64,000 nucleotides of DNA from Syntrophorhabdaceae bacterium (GCA_963666485.2 CAXXUO010000002.1:256001-320000), one strand, 5' to 3'. Counted from the stretch's first letter, positions 10,096 to 20,285 are shown. Made by a program: numbers and translations. The notes: generated by a model not told the origin, from the letters alone.

Positions 10096-10225
10096 AACTG
10101 CCTCCTTGATCGTATTTTGAAAAATATAATGATTTTCCCGAGGCGAGGCAAGGCGATAAGATAAGGATCGAGGTTCGGGGTCCCGGGTATCAGGAGTTGA
10201 TGGCATGATATACCACTACCACCGC

Positions 10226-10375
10226 CGTCATCCCGGTGCTTGACACCGGGATCCAGTGTCTTTGCTTTTTCTTCTTTATTTCAGACCTGAATTGCTTCAT
10301 GGCTTCTTTCATAACATTCAGACAGACAACGAAGAGGCAAAACCTTGGATCCCGGTGTCAAGCACCGGGATGACG
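10226..10375. repeat. Palindromic element, family B, copy 1
   Basis: CGTCATCCCGGTGCTTGACACCGGGATCCA at 10226-10255 and its reverse complement at 10346-10375. The same arms occur at 58327-58473. Confidence 0.85.
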
Positions 10376-10612
10376 ATATCTGTTACTGGAAAAGATTCAA
10401 TCCACTATGTGTAGTCGTTTATTGTGTATATAACCCCCGGGGTTCCAGGTCAGCGAGACGTAAGGCTCGGGTCGCGAGATGGTAATAATCCTCTGTTATC
10501 AACTATCCGTGGATGATAGCTGTTGACTTAATTCGGGACAACCTTACATTTATTTCTGGAATCGCTCTTTCCGGAAGAGCGCTTTTGATGCTTAAGAACG
10601 AAAGGAGGATTT

Positions 10613-10927
10613 ATGAGAAAATTATGTCTTTTTTCAGTGGTCGCCCTTCTGGTCCTTGCGGTCCTTGCCGGATGCCAGACACCGGCGGGAAGGTCATCAG
10701 GTGAGGTTGTGGATGATGCCGCGATAACGACCGAGGTAAAGGCAAAGCTCCTGGAAGATGACGTCACACGGGGCATTGCTATTACAGTGCAGACATTTGA
10801 AGGTACTGTGACCCTGATCGGGGCCGTGGACACCCGTGAGCAGATAAACAGGGCGTCCCAAATCGCGCGCAGCGTCAAAGGCGTCCGGAAGGTGGACAAC
10901 CGGCTTCAGCTGAAAGCTGCGAAGTAA
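10613..10927 (+). CDS. BON domain lipoprotein (OsmY-like)
   Basis: RBS AAGGAGG, lipobox LAGC, DDAAITTEVKAKL, GTVTLIG, GVRKVDNRL. Confidence 0.9.
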   Translation: MRKLCLFSVVALLVLAVLAGCQTPAGRSSGEVVDDAAITTEVKAKLLEDDVTRGIAITVQTFEGTVTLIGAVDTREQINRASQIARSVKGVRKVDNRLQLKAAK

Positions 10928-10939
10928 AAATACCGGGAC

Positions 10940-11251
10940 CTATTTTTTCAGCAGGAGATAGAGCTCGTCGGCAAAGGCATCCCTGGCCGACGGGCCTTTT
11001 CCGGCATCGGTAAAATCGGGCTCATTGAAACGGGCCAGCAGCTCCTGAAAGGTCCCCTGCCCCTTGACCCACCCCAAAAGGCGCAGGAAATCCTCTTCAA
11101 CGGAGAAATCGTTGTTTCCCAGGATAAATCCTTTACACTTTTTGCAAATATACGCCTCGAGCGAGTACGTATTTATATGATTGTCCGGGTCATAATCATG
11201 CCAGCACTTACCCATCGCTTCCGTGATAAACCTGTCCCTTTCCTCATTCAT
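10940..11251 (-). CDS. Hypothetical protein (CWH...CxxC, possibly zinc-binding)
   Basis: RBS GGAGGT upstream of ATG. 103 aa with GKCWH and YICKKC. Confidence 0.65.
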   Translation of the reverse strand: MNEERDRFITEAMGKCWHDYDPDNHINTYSLEAYICKKCKGFILGNNDFSVEEDFLRLLGWVKGQGTFQELLARFNEPDFTDAGKGPSARDAFADELYLLLKK

Positions 11252-11328
11252 AGTAAACCTCCACTCGCACTATATCATGATTCAGGGTAATAGGTAAGAG
11301 GTAATGGTAATGGGTACCAGGACACTGT

Positions 11329-11510
11329 CGTCATTCCCGCGAAATGGGAATCTAGTGTCTTTATCTATTTAATCTTTTATAGGTTTATAATATTGACCTT
11401 TTTCTGTAAGGCACCCTGCCGCTGATCTACCACACAAGATGCATGCACGTTTCCAGCATTACCAAAAAAATAACTTAAAGACACTGGATTCCCGCTTCGC
11501 GGGAATGACG
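11329..11510. repeat. Palindromic MITE/REP-like element, family A, copy 2
   Basis: Arms at 11329-11355 and 11484-11510. Interior GCTGATCTACCA..CAAGATG..TGCAC.TTTCCAG is shared with 398-575. Flanked by TAATAGG-type (11286-11316) and TTACCCA-type (11535-11597) heptamer arrays. Confidence 0.85.
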
Positions 11511-11600
11511 GAAGGTCTCGTTGCACTTTCCCTCACCCATTACCCATTACCTCTTACCCATTACCTATTACACATTATCTATTACACATTACCTATTTTT

Positions 11601-12119
11601 TTACCATACCCCGCCGGGATATCCCCACCATATCGGCCCCGGGTACGGAGGCGGATAATAGTAGTACACAGCTGCCGGCCTCCTGGGCTCGAGGTAGATC
11701 TGCACGATCCTGAATACAGGAAAGACGTATTCCATCTCGTCGACCTTTCCCGCCATTATACCCGTGAAGGTGCCTGCGATCGTGACCCTGCGGTTCTTCT
11801 GATAGATGAGGGGATCGAGGACGCCCATCTCCCGGGGGTAAAGGGCGAGAAAACGTTGACTGGACAGCGGGGTGTCCTGCGGGTATCCAAAGCTGTCCAC
11901 CGGGACGAAAAGGGCCTCTATCTCGGAGCCTTCCGGCTTCAATGTCGTGCGGGCGATCAGACCGCCGAGGATGAACAACTGGCCACGGTACATGTCCGGG
12001 TTTTGGACAAGCGACGGGAGGGATGGATTTTTGGTTGCCTGCTGCATGTAGTCCGGGCGTATGGCCGACGTACACGCAACAAGGCTGAGAACCAAGAGCG
12101 CCACGGCGATGAGCTTCAC
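11601..12119 (-). CDS. Slp family outer-membrane lipoprotein
   Basis: Lipobox LVAC, GGLI, RFLA, LDPLIYQKNRRVTIAG, and a Tyr/Pro/Trp-rich tail. Confidence 0.85.
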   Translation of the reverse strand: MKLIAVALLVLSLVACTSAIRPDYMQQATKNPSLPSLVQNPDMYRGQLFILGGLIARTTLKPEGSEIEALFVPVDSFGYPQDTPLSSQRFLALYPREMGVLDPLIYQKNRRVTIAGTFTGIMAGKVDEMEYVFPVFRIVQIYLEPRRPAAVYYYYPPPYPGPIWWGYPGGVW

Positions 12120-12176
12120 GGGTCATCCTCCTTCACATAGTTTAACATACGACCAGGAAGACTAATGTGCAAGAAG

Positions 12177-15100
12177 CTATTTTCCGGTTACTTCATCACC
12201 CCCGGCATGATCTGCTGAAACCCCATCGCCCCCTCCCGGCTGCTGGCTCACCTTGAAGATGTAGGGGACCGTTGTCACAGGGTCCTTGCCGGGCTGCGTG
12301 ATGTGGACGATGGCCTTGTCGGGGAACTTGACCGGCTGCCCCTTCGGGACCAGGTATTTCGCACCGAGCTCGCGGGGACCCCCCGTCGCCTTGTCGAAAC
12401 CTAAAGCCTGCCATGCGGAGCCCTCGCCGCCGGGGCCAAAGACACTCAAGGGCATGGTGCCGGACTTCGACCAGCCGCCGCTCGTGTGGCTCGTCTGCCG
12501 GTTGTTGACGTACGTGGTCCTCGACCAGCTCACCGAGAGCTGCCACTTCCCCCAGAGCTGGTAGACGACGTACTCGCTGGGGAGTATCGTGGTGCAGTCA
12601 TCGTCCCTGTGGAGGGTCATGCTGTGGATCGTGGGCTTGCCGTCCCCGTCCTTGATGCCCGCGGCAAGGAGGAAGCCCTCCTCCGTCTGCTTTCCTGCTA
12701 TGGATATGGATGTATTGGATGGCGCGTCGCTGAAGGCCTGCATGTTCTCGAACGGGTTCCTGCCAAGGGGCGGGCTGTCGGAGCCGGGCCCCATGCTCCC
12801 CGGGGAAGAGTCCCTGCCTCCCCCGAAAAAGCCCCCGAGGACGCCGCCGAGGACGTTCTTTGCCACATCGGCTGCCGTACCGGATGCACTGCTGCCGTAC
12901 TTGGACTGGGGGCCGATGATGACGGGCTGGAAGGGGGTGGTGGGACATTCCCCCGGCGGCTGGGAAGGAACACCTGAACAGGCATCTTCACATCTTTTAA
13001 GTTCTTTTTCCAGCGCTATCCTCTTTGTCCTCAAAGCCCGGATCTCTTTTGACAGTACATTGAAATCGATAACGGACGCGGTGTCGTCCTGGTATGCCTT
13101 CTGCTTTGCCTTGATCTCCTCCACGACAGCGGTCAATCTCTGTAATTCCTGTTCGCAGGGCGGGCACGTCCGTACCGGGGCGGATGGTTCAGGCCATAAT
13201 GGGGGTACCGGGTATAGGTCCGGGAAGTCCGGGATCGGGTTTCTGTTCCGCCGGGAAGCGCTGGTTTCGGCACCGGGTCAGCCTGTCCGGGGCCCGGTCC
13301 TGCCTTCGGCGGTGCCGGCTCCGGTGTGTGGGCACCTTCGGAGGGGTGGCTTTGCGGCTGCGGCCCTGTCTTGGGAATGGAAAGCCCGGTCTTTGGCGGG
13401 ATCGCCTGCGGTCCGGGAGTTGCCGGTTTCGGCGTCGTTCCGGCCTGGGGTTTCGGAAGCGGTTCGCGGGGTACCTGCTCGGGGCCCGGTCCTGCCTTGG
13501 GAGGCACTGGTTCGGGGGCGGGCACTTTCGGAGGGGTGCTTTGCGGCGCGGGCATCTGCCCGGCCGGAGGTTCCGCCTTTGGTACCTGCGGTTCGGGGGC
13601 CCGCGGAACGGGAGCGGGTATTCCCGAGCATTTTTTCTTCACATAACTTGAGGTCCCTTTCCCGTATCCTTCGCTTCTCCTGCAACCCGGCGACCTCGGC
13701 CTTCAGGGTGTTCCATTCCCTGAGAGATTGCGATTCATACTGCTTTTTCTGCTTCGCAGCGATCTCGTTCACAAGGGCGGTCAACCGCTCCAATTCCGGT
13801 GTACAGGGCGGGCACGTACGGGCCGGAGGGGGGACTATTGACGGCGGCGGTTCACACGCGGTTTCGCACTCCTTCAGTTCCGCCCTGTCCTTGGCTTCGA
13901 CTGCCTTTAAGTTCTCGAGGTAGGATGCCGTATCGGCGATGTCTTTTTGAATATCTCGAATTTCTTGCCGGGATTCCCTGATGTCCGATTCAAGCAGGCC
14001 TGCGGATTGCGGTCCCGGGTCTTTGCCGTCCGTGAGATATGTGTACCATGCCTCTTCCGCACGCAGTTCGGCCCTCAATTTTTCCTGTATGCTCTGGTAG
14101 TATTCTATCTTAAGCAGGGTCCTTTTGAGTCTCTCGGCTTTCTCTATGCAGGGCGGACACGTGGTTTTCACAGGGCCCGGGACCACCGGCGGCTCAGGTT
14201 TCGCGGGCCTTGGCCTCACGGGTTTTTGCGGCGGTGTGATCGACGGGGGCCCGTCCGTGCACGAAGCCTCGCATTTCTTAAGTTCAGCCGCCAATTTTTC
14301 CTCTTTCTGCCTGAGTCTCGACAATTTTTCTTCTGTGTAGCGGATGTCGTCTTGTATCTCTTTAAGGTTGTTTTTAGATTCTTTGACCTCACCTTTCATA
14401 ATTACCCCAAGCATAAGATCGCCGGGTTTGCCCTTCGTGAGATGATCAAGCCATGCTTCTTCCAGGCGCATCTCGGCCCGGAATTCGTCGACCAATTTTT
14501 CGTTGTACTCTATGTCGAGCCGGATATCGGCAAGCAGCTGCGCCATTTCTTTGCAGGGCGGGCATGACGTTTTCGGCTGGACAGGCGTCACCGGGGGCTT
14601 TGGTTTGGGCGGCCTCGGCCGCTCGGGTTTGGGGGGAGCAGTTTCAGGCCCGGGAATGGCCGGGGGCATTGCCGCGGGTTTTTCCTGGCATTTTTTCTCG
14701 CATTCCTTCAGTTTTTTTTCTGCGTCGTCTTTTATTTTTTTGTAGCGGGCAACTTCTTTATCCACGTCCGGTTTGCGCTTCAATCTCTTTTTGTATACGT
14801 CTATTTTTTTCCGGGCTGTGCTTATCTCATAGTCATAATCATATAATGCCGCGCCTGCACCCGCTGCCTTTTTATACATTTCCAGGTCATTCAGCCGCTT
14901 GTACTCGGCATCCATCTGGCGTTTGTATTCTTCCAGTTCCTCTAAGTCCTTCAAGGCCTCGTTAAGCCGGGACGTCGCGGCCTTCAGATCCTCTGCTTCT
15001 GTCCTGCAGGCGGGACACGTGGTCAATGGCGGAGAATCCGGTTTCCCGGGAGGATCTCCCGGCTTCGATGGCGGAACGCCCGGGCTGCACTGTTTCTCGC

Positions 15101-15923
15101 ATTCTTTGAGGTCCTTCACCAGTTTTGCCGCTGCCTTTTCAAGGTCCGCCTTTTTTGCCTTGTTTTCTTCAAGCGCTACCTTATCTGCGTACAGTTCCCG
15201 TTCGAGCCGCATGATAGTTGTTGTCATCTCTTCCAGGGCGAACCGGTACCAGCCTCCCTCTTTGTCAACCCTTTGCGAATAGAGCCCGGCCATGCTCAGG
15301 TGGTTCGTCATCCTCACTTCCTGGTTCGTAATGGCCTTCGTGACTATGTTTATCTCTTTTTCGAGGAATGCTATTTCCCGTGCGGCGATCTGCATCTCCC
15401 TCTTCGTTGTGTCAATATCCGCTGCGATGTTCCGGCAGCGCGGGCATGTGACCGTCGGTTTCAGAGGGGGCAGCGGACCTTTTCTCTCCTTGCAATACTC
15501 CTCGCATGTCTTCAGGTCCCACTCGGCAGATTCTTTGTCAAAATCGAGTTGATTCAGGCGTCTCCTCAAGCGGGCGGCTTCGGCCTCTTTCGCCTTGATC
15601 TTATCAACTTTTTCTTTCAGTTCTTTAATCTCTTTATCCAGCCGGGCATCGTCGATCCCCGGATAATTTTTTCTCTGCTCCTGCCAGATCTTGAGCTTGC
15701 CTTCTTCAACCATGAGGGGTGAAGCCGACAGTTCCGCCTCCAGGGCCTGCAGCTGAGTCATGGTATTATCCCGGTTCTCCGAGATATCCTTGAGAAGCTC
15801 AACAAATTTCTGGCATTCGGGACAGTCGGTCCGGGAAGGTATATCGGGAAAAGCCACCAGGGGAAAAACCAAAACGAACATGAAAGAAAACATAATGGCA
15901 CGATTCAAGAACCGGTCAAACAT
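12177..15923 (-). pseudogene. Large secreted protein with seven CPxC-coiled-coil-CExxC modules and Pro-rich linkers; apparently frameshifted (sequencing error or pseudogene)
   Basis: Signal-peptide-like N-terminus from ATG 15923. The ORFs 13278-15965, 13133-13642 and 12177-13136 carry consecutive parts of one repeat pattern. Removing one base each near 13631-13636, 13253-13255 and 13194-13195 restores a single frame of about 1247 aa. Confidence 0.7.
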
Positions 15924-16055
15924 GGTCGCCTCGCTTTCGATCAAATTGCGGTTGATAAGCGCCATGGTAGCACATAATCAAAAAAATGCACATCAGGAAA
16001 AAACACTTTTTCGATGGGGTGGTTAAATTATCGAGATATTCCCGGACGGGGGCCT

Positions 16056-17372
16056 TTATCCAACTTCGGGGCGGCGCGGCGTGATGTCGGAGCCCAGGTA
16101 AAATTGCCGGATAGGCCGGTTGAATGCAAAACCGATCGCCAGCAGTGCGCATATCACAAAAATAAAGGAAAAAAGCATTGCGATGTTCTTCCCGGTAAGG
16201 TCGATAATGATGCCGCCCAATACGAAGGACAACGGGGCGAGGCCGCCGTTGATCGAATCCAGGGTCCCGAAAACCCTGCCCCGTAAGTTCTCGGGGATCA
16301 CCTTCTGTTTGAGGGATGTATTGATGAGCCGGGAGATGGCCATGCACCCGGAGAGGAGCGACAGGAGCAAAAAAACGGACACGACGCCTGTTGTCAGCGA
16401 AAGGAGAAGGAACAAAAGTGCTTCAGCGAAAAATATCGCGCATATCACGATATAATTCTGTTTTTCCGTCGTGTTGAACTGGCCGAAAATGAAATACGCC
16501 GCAATGGAGCTCAAGGTGAGCAGGCTCAGCAAATAACCGTAGTAGGTGCTTTTCAGGTGAAGTATATCCTCGACCAGGAAAGGCAGGGAGAGCATGACCA
16601 TCGGAAAGAGGAGGTTAGATAAAGCATAGATGATCGTCTGGTTCCTGAGCCCCCTGTTCGCCCAGATGAAAACGAAACCCTCCTTCGTTTCCCCGAGAAA
16701 ACGCCTGTAAGAGAACTGCGCCCCGTTCGGCGGCGGACCGTGTTCGATCTTTATGAACAGGCTCGCGATGGCCGCGGCGAGGTACGATATGCCGTTGATA
16801 AGAAATGCCAGTGCGCCGCCCAGGAATGTAAAGAATATGCCGCCAAGCGCGTTGCCCGCCATCGCCAGGACGCCTGACGAACCCTGGAATAGCGCGTTGC
16901 CCTTCTGGATCTTTTCCTTCGTGATTATTTCGGGGACGATGGAGTACAGCGCCGAGTTAAAAGCGGAATCAATGATACCCACGAGCATCGTCACAAAAAA
17001 TACAGCATAGACGGTCACCGGGAAAGGAGCGAGGCGAAAACCGGCTATAGCACCATCAAACAGTGTGAGACGGGTGAAACAGTTCAGGCCGGCGACAAAC
17101 AGGAGGACCATGAGCACGCCGCGCAAAAGATCACACCACACGATCACCTTTTTCCTGCTCGACCTGTCAACGAGGGTACCGGCAAACGGCCCGAGCAAAA
17201 CCCACGGCAGGAACGCAAGCAGTTCAACGATGCCGATAATGGTTGCGGAACCGGTCAACTGCTTCAGGTACAGGACAAGGACGACCGAATAGAGTGCGCT
17301 GCCGGTAAAAGACAGGCATTGCCCGGCAAAGACCAGGGTAAAGTTCCTGTTGAACAATCTATAAGAGGTCAT
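16056..17372 (-). CDS. MFS transporter (macrolide-efflux/DHA3-like), putative peptide exporter
   Basis: NRNFTLVFAG, GTLVDRSSRKKV motif A, LRGRVFG, about 12 TM segments. Confidence 0.88.
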   Translation of the reverse strand: MTSYRLFNRNFTLVFAGQCLSFTGSALYSVVLVLYLKQLTGSATIIGIVELLAFLPWVLLGPFAGTLVDRSSRKKVIVWCDLLRGVLMVLLFVAGLNCFTRLTLFDGAIAGFRLAPFPVTVYAVFFVTMLVGIIDSAFNSALYSIVPEIITKEKIQKGNALFQGSSGVLAMAGNALGGIFFTFLGGALAFLINGISYLAAAIASLFIKIEHGPPPNGAQFSYRRFLGETKEGFVFIWANRGLRNQTIIYALSNLLFPMVMLSLPFLVEDILHLKSTYYGYLLSLLTLSSIAAYFIFGQFNTTEKQNYIVICAIFFAEALLFLLLSLTTGVVSVFLLLSLLSGCMAISRLINTSLKQKVIPENLRGRVFGTLDSINGGLAPLSFVLGGIIIDLTGKNIAMLFSFIFVICALLAIGFAFNRPIRQFYLGSDITPRRPEVG

Positions 17373-17423
17373 GATCTCTTTTCGAGGCAGTGCCCCGGCA
17401 GTCCCGCGGGGGACAACGGGCTT

Positions 17424-18608
17424 TTACATCTGCCGGGCCCGTGTACCGCATGACTTGGGAACATCGCCGGGATACGCTGTCCTGTGCGCCAGGAACCTCC
17501 TGGCTATGAGCTCCGCGATCTCCCTGTTCTCATCCATCAGTCTGCGCAGGTGCACCTGTGCGTTGCAGAAAGATTCCATAACGTCGGTGTCGGTCACGGG
17601 CTGGAGGGCACAATATTCCCCGCAGATGGGAAAAGCCGGACAGTCCTTGCATTTTTGATCGTAATACGAATTCGGCGCCTCGCATTGCCCGATCACCTTC
17701 ATGGCTCCGTCCATGACTGAAGGCAGGTCCTCCGCCTTCGCGATAGGACCGGTGACACCGGTAAAGAAACTGCAGGGATAGACGAGCCCGTCGAGGTCCA
17801 CGTATGCGGACCACAGTCCGGCCATGCATTTTTGCGGGCGCGGCGCCGGGTTATAGCTCCGGCCGCAAATGACGTTGTTATAATAAAAGGCGAATTTGTT
17901 GAGCCCGACATTGTCCCGCGTGGCGAAATCAAACTGGGAAGCCAGGAACGCCGCCTCGAACTCGGCCTCGGCGCGCAGCGACGGCGGGATCTGCGACACC
18001 GTATGTCCCCTGCCCTGGCTTGAGACACAGTTCACGCGATAGAACCGGACACCATGGCGGGCAAAAAACTCCACGGTGGACGGCAGGGTCTTGAGGGACT
18101 CCACCGTTCCCACGACAAGCGCCGTAACAGGGAACCCGTTCTCGAACAACGTAACGATGTTGTCCCTTCGCCTCATCGATGATATCTTCGGATCGTCGAG
18201 TTCCCCGTCGTAATGGACGGAGAAATGAACATCGTGCTTTTTGAAGAGTTCGATTACCGCCGGGTTCAGGATGGAAATATTGGTCTGAATTGAATACTCG
18301 AGTGTTTTCCCCGATCCATCGAGGTACGGGTCAACGATACCGAAAAACGTTTCATACCAGTCAGCCCGGGCCAGCAGGGGCTCGCCCCCGGAGAAGACCA
18401 TTCCCATATCGGCGGTACTGAAGTCGAGAAGTTTTATGAGTGTTTCGGCGGTCTTCTCAGGATCGACAATTGTCGTCCGCTCTCCCGGCGGCGACGCGGT
18501 AACATTGCAGGCATCCTGAAAGCAGTAGTCGCAGGAAAGGTTGCAGGCCGTGGTCAACTGAAATGTCACGCCCCGAAGATCGCTGAAGATGGGAGATTCT
18601 ATTGTCAT
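17424..18608 (-). CDS. Radical SAM/SPASM domain protein (anSME-like peptide maturase)
   Basis: CNLSCDYC, FSGGEPLL, IQTN; SPASM motifs CMAG...DGLVYPC...CKDCPAFPICGEYC...C. Confidence 0.9.
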   Translation of the reverse strand: MTIESPIFSDLRGVTFQLTTACNLSCDYCFQDACNVTASPPGERTTIVDPEKTAETLIKLLDFSTADMGMVFSGGEPLLARADWYETFFGIVDPYLDGSGKTLEYSIQTNISILNPAVIELFKKHDVHFSVHYDGELDDPKISSMRRRDNIVTLFENGFPVTALVVGTVESLKTLPSTVEFFARHGVRFYRVNCVSSQGRGHTVSQIPPSLRAEAEFEAAFLASQFDFATRDNVGLNKFAFYYNNVICGRSYNPAPRPQKCMAGLWSAYVDLDGLVYPCSFFTGVTGPIAKAEDLPSVMDGAMKVIGQCEAPNSYYDQKCKDCPAFPICGEYCALQPVTDTDVMESFCNAQVHLRRLMDENREIAELIARRFLAHRTAYPGDVPKSCGTRARQM

Positions 18609-18807
18609 TTACGTATCCTTGAGAATTCTTGCATGGGACCGGCGATCTGCCCGGACAAGCCCGCCGGGCGTAAAACCGGGCTGTGTGGTCAAATTTTGAG
18701 GCACAGTACCGTAACCGGCATTCGGATATGAGTCCCGGACGCTTAAAACAGCCGCCATGGATAATTTCTTCAAGGCCGCGGCGATAACGCAGCGGTGCAT
18801 GAGGAGA

Positions 18808-19008
18808 TTATCTGTTCGGGCAATAATTAGAATAAATGCAGCAGCACCCGCAGTCGTCTTCTTCCGGCAGGGGGGAGATCGATGCGCGCATTGTGCCCAG
18901 CATTTCGTTGATTGTCTCTCTCGATGAGCTCAGGTCAAGAGCTACAAATTCCTCGGCTAAATGTTCGGGGACATCATAGAACCGGCCACTTCTGTTCATT
19001 AGCAGCAT
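18808..19008 (-). CDS. Putative RiPP precursor peptide (66 aa, core DDCGCCCIYSNYCPNR)
   Basis: RBS AGGAG 7 nt before ATG. Acidic leader and Cys/Tyr-rich C-terminus; lies between two radical SAM genes on the same strand. Confidence 0.75.
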   Translation of the reverse strand: MLLMNRSGRFYDVPEHLAEEFVALDLSSSRETINEMLGTMRASISPLPEEDDCGCCCIYSNYCPNR

Positions 19009-19118
19009 GATTAACTCCTGTACAACCTGTATTTGTGATAACTGCTGGGCAAATTGTATAACAACAATCCGGAAGATTGCAAGGCAATAAGCAAGGCTAA
19101 AACACGGGTATCGTTCGG

Positions 19119-20285
19119 TTAATTAGCGATATAATTATATACTTCTAATACATTCTTTGGTGAGTCCTGCTTGACGGCCTCCATATTGTCCCCCCCCTTG
19201 ACCAGGAGGTCAAAGAACATCTTTTCGATGCCCGTGAATATGAAGCACGTATCGATATCCTCCCTGTTGAGGACCATGGTCTTCGCGGCGTCGGAGTACA
19301 TAAGCCATTTCTGATCGTCGGCCTGAGGTTTTATACCGGTTTTCAGGGTGAGCGGCTGCAATCTCGATATGAAGTTATTCAGGCATCCGCCAAAGCAGGA
19401 TAACCTGAAATACCTGCACGACGAGCACGGCTCAATGGTGATGTTGTTTTCAAGGAGTTTGTGGAGCCTCATAAAATATGCCTGGAAATCCTGGCCGGTC
19501 GTGTACCGGGAGAACGGGACCTGGAAGCTTGCCGTGCCGAAACAGCTGCTCACCATCTTCCCCGGCATGTAATCCGAAGGGGGCGCGCAGGACGTCAGCA
19601 TGTCTTTCCCGAAATTCCTTTTCCACAGGGCGATGGTGGCGTCGTCGAGCTGGCACAGGGGAATGCTCGTGCAGTCTTCCGCCAGGTTAATGCCAGCTTT
19701 GAACAACTTCCGGGCAACCCGTTGCAGGTCCTCGTTGAACTTCTTCTTCTCTTCAGTGAATTCGATAAATTTATTGCTCCGCTCGCAATCGGGCGAGGCG
19801 ATGCCAAACCTGAGAAAGCGTTTCAAATTGTATCGATCTATCGCCTCTATCCATGTATCGATCTCTTCGGATGTAATGTCCCCGGTGTAGGTCACCCCGA
19901 GTGTGACATATTTGCCCAGGGTCTTCAAAAAATAGTCCAGGTCTGCCTCCGGCCGGGTTGAAAATTTCCTGGCCGCATAATTGACGACATACCTCGCGGA
20001 GGAAAATTGCGTGAGCCGCTCCGTTATTTCCCTGTCGACAAACCCGTGCGTCAGGACGAAGAAATTGTTGAACAACCTGTCCGCCTCGGTCATCAGCGCG
20101 ATAAAGTCGGGGTGCAGGGTCGGTTCTCCGCCGAAGATGCGTATGAACGAATACCCGGAGCTTTTCAAGAATTGCAGGATTTCCTTGAATTCATCGACCC
20201 CCATACAGGAGGTGCTGTCCGAAAACGGTTTTGCAAAACAATAGTCGCAGTTGCAGTTGCATTGATAATTGATTATGACGTTCAA
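19119..20285 (-). CDS. Radical SAM protein with SPASM/twitch-like Cys cluster and C-terminal extension
   Basis: RBS AAAGGA then TTG. CNCNCDYC, GGEPTLHPDF, SCAP...SSCF, PCSSCRYFRLSCFGGC. Confidence 0.88.
   Translation of the reverse strand: MNVIINYQCNCNCDYCFAKPFSDSTSCMGVDEFKEILQFLKSSGYSFIRIFGGEPTLHPDFIALMTEADRLFNNFFVLTHGFVDREITERLTQFSSARYVVNYAARKFSTRPEADLDYFLKTLGKYVTLGVTYTGDITSEEIDTWIEAIDRYNLKRFLRFGIASPDCERSNKFIEFTEEKKKFNEDLQRVARKLFKAGINLAEDCTSIPLCQLDDATIALWKRNFGKDMLTSCAPPSDYMPGKMVSSCFGTASFQVPFSRYTTGQDFQAYFMRLHKLLENNITIEPCSSCRYFRLSCFGGCLNNFISRLQPLTLKTGIKPQADDQKWLMYSDAAKTMVLNREDIDTCFIFTGIEKMFFDLLVKGGDNMEAVKQDSPKNVLEVYNYIAN

Noticed and set aside
10415..10435. TATATAAC as a second ModE site
   Set aside because: Only one half-site, wrong spacing, and no molybdenum-related gene nearby.
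11439..12140. 233-aa plus-strand ORF
   Set aside because: It starts inside a repeat element and is antisense to the Slp lipoprotein gene.
13278..13280. In-frame TGA between the 895-aa and 319-aa ORFs read as selenocysteine
   Set aside because: It is not at a Cys-equivalent position. The surrounding frame lacks the conserved CExxC and the Pro-rich linker, which lie in other frames, so frameshifts explain it better.
18609..18800. 63-aa ORF as a second RiPP precursor
   Set aside because: No convincing RBS, no similarity to the 66-aa peptide and no Cys-rich core. Probably intergenic.
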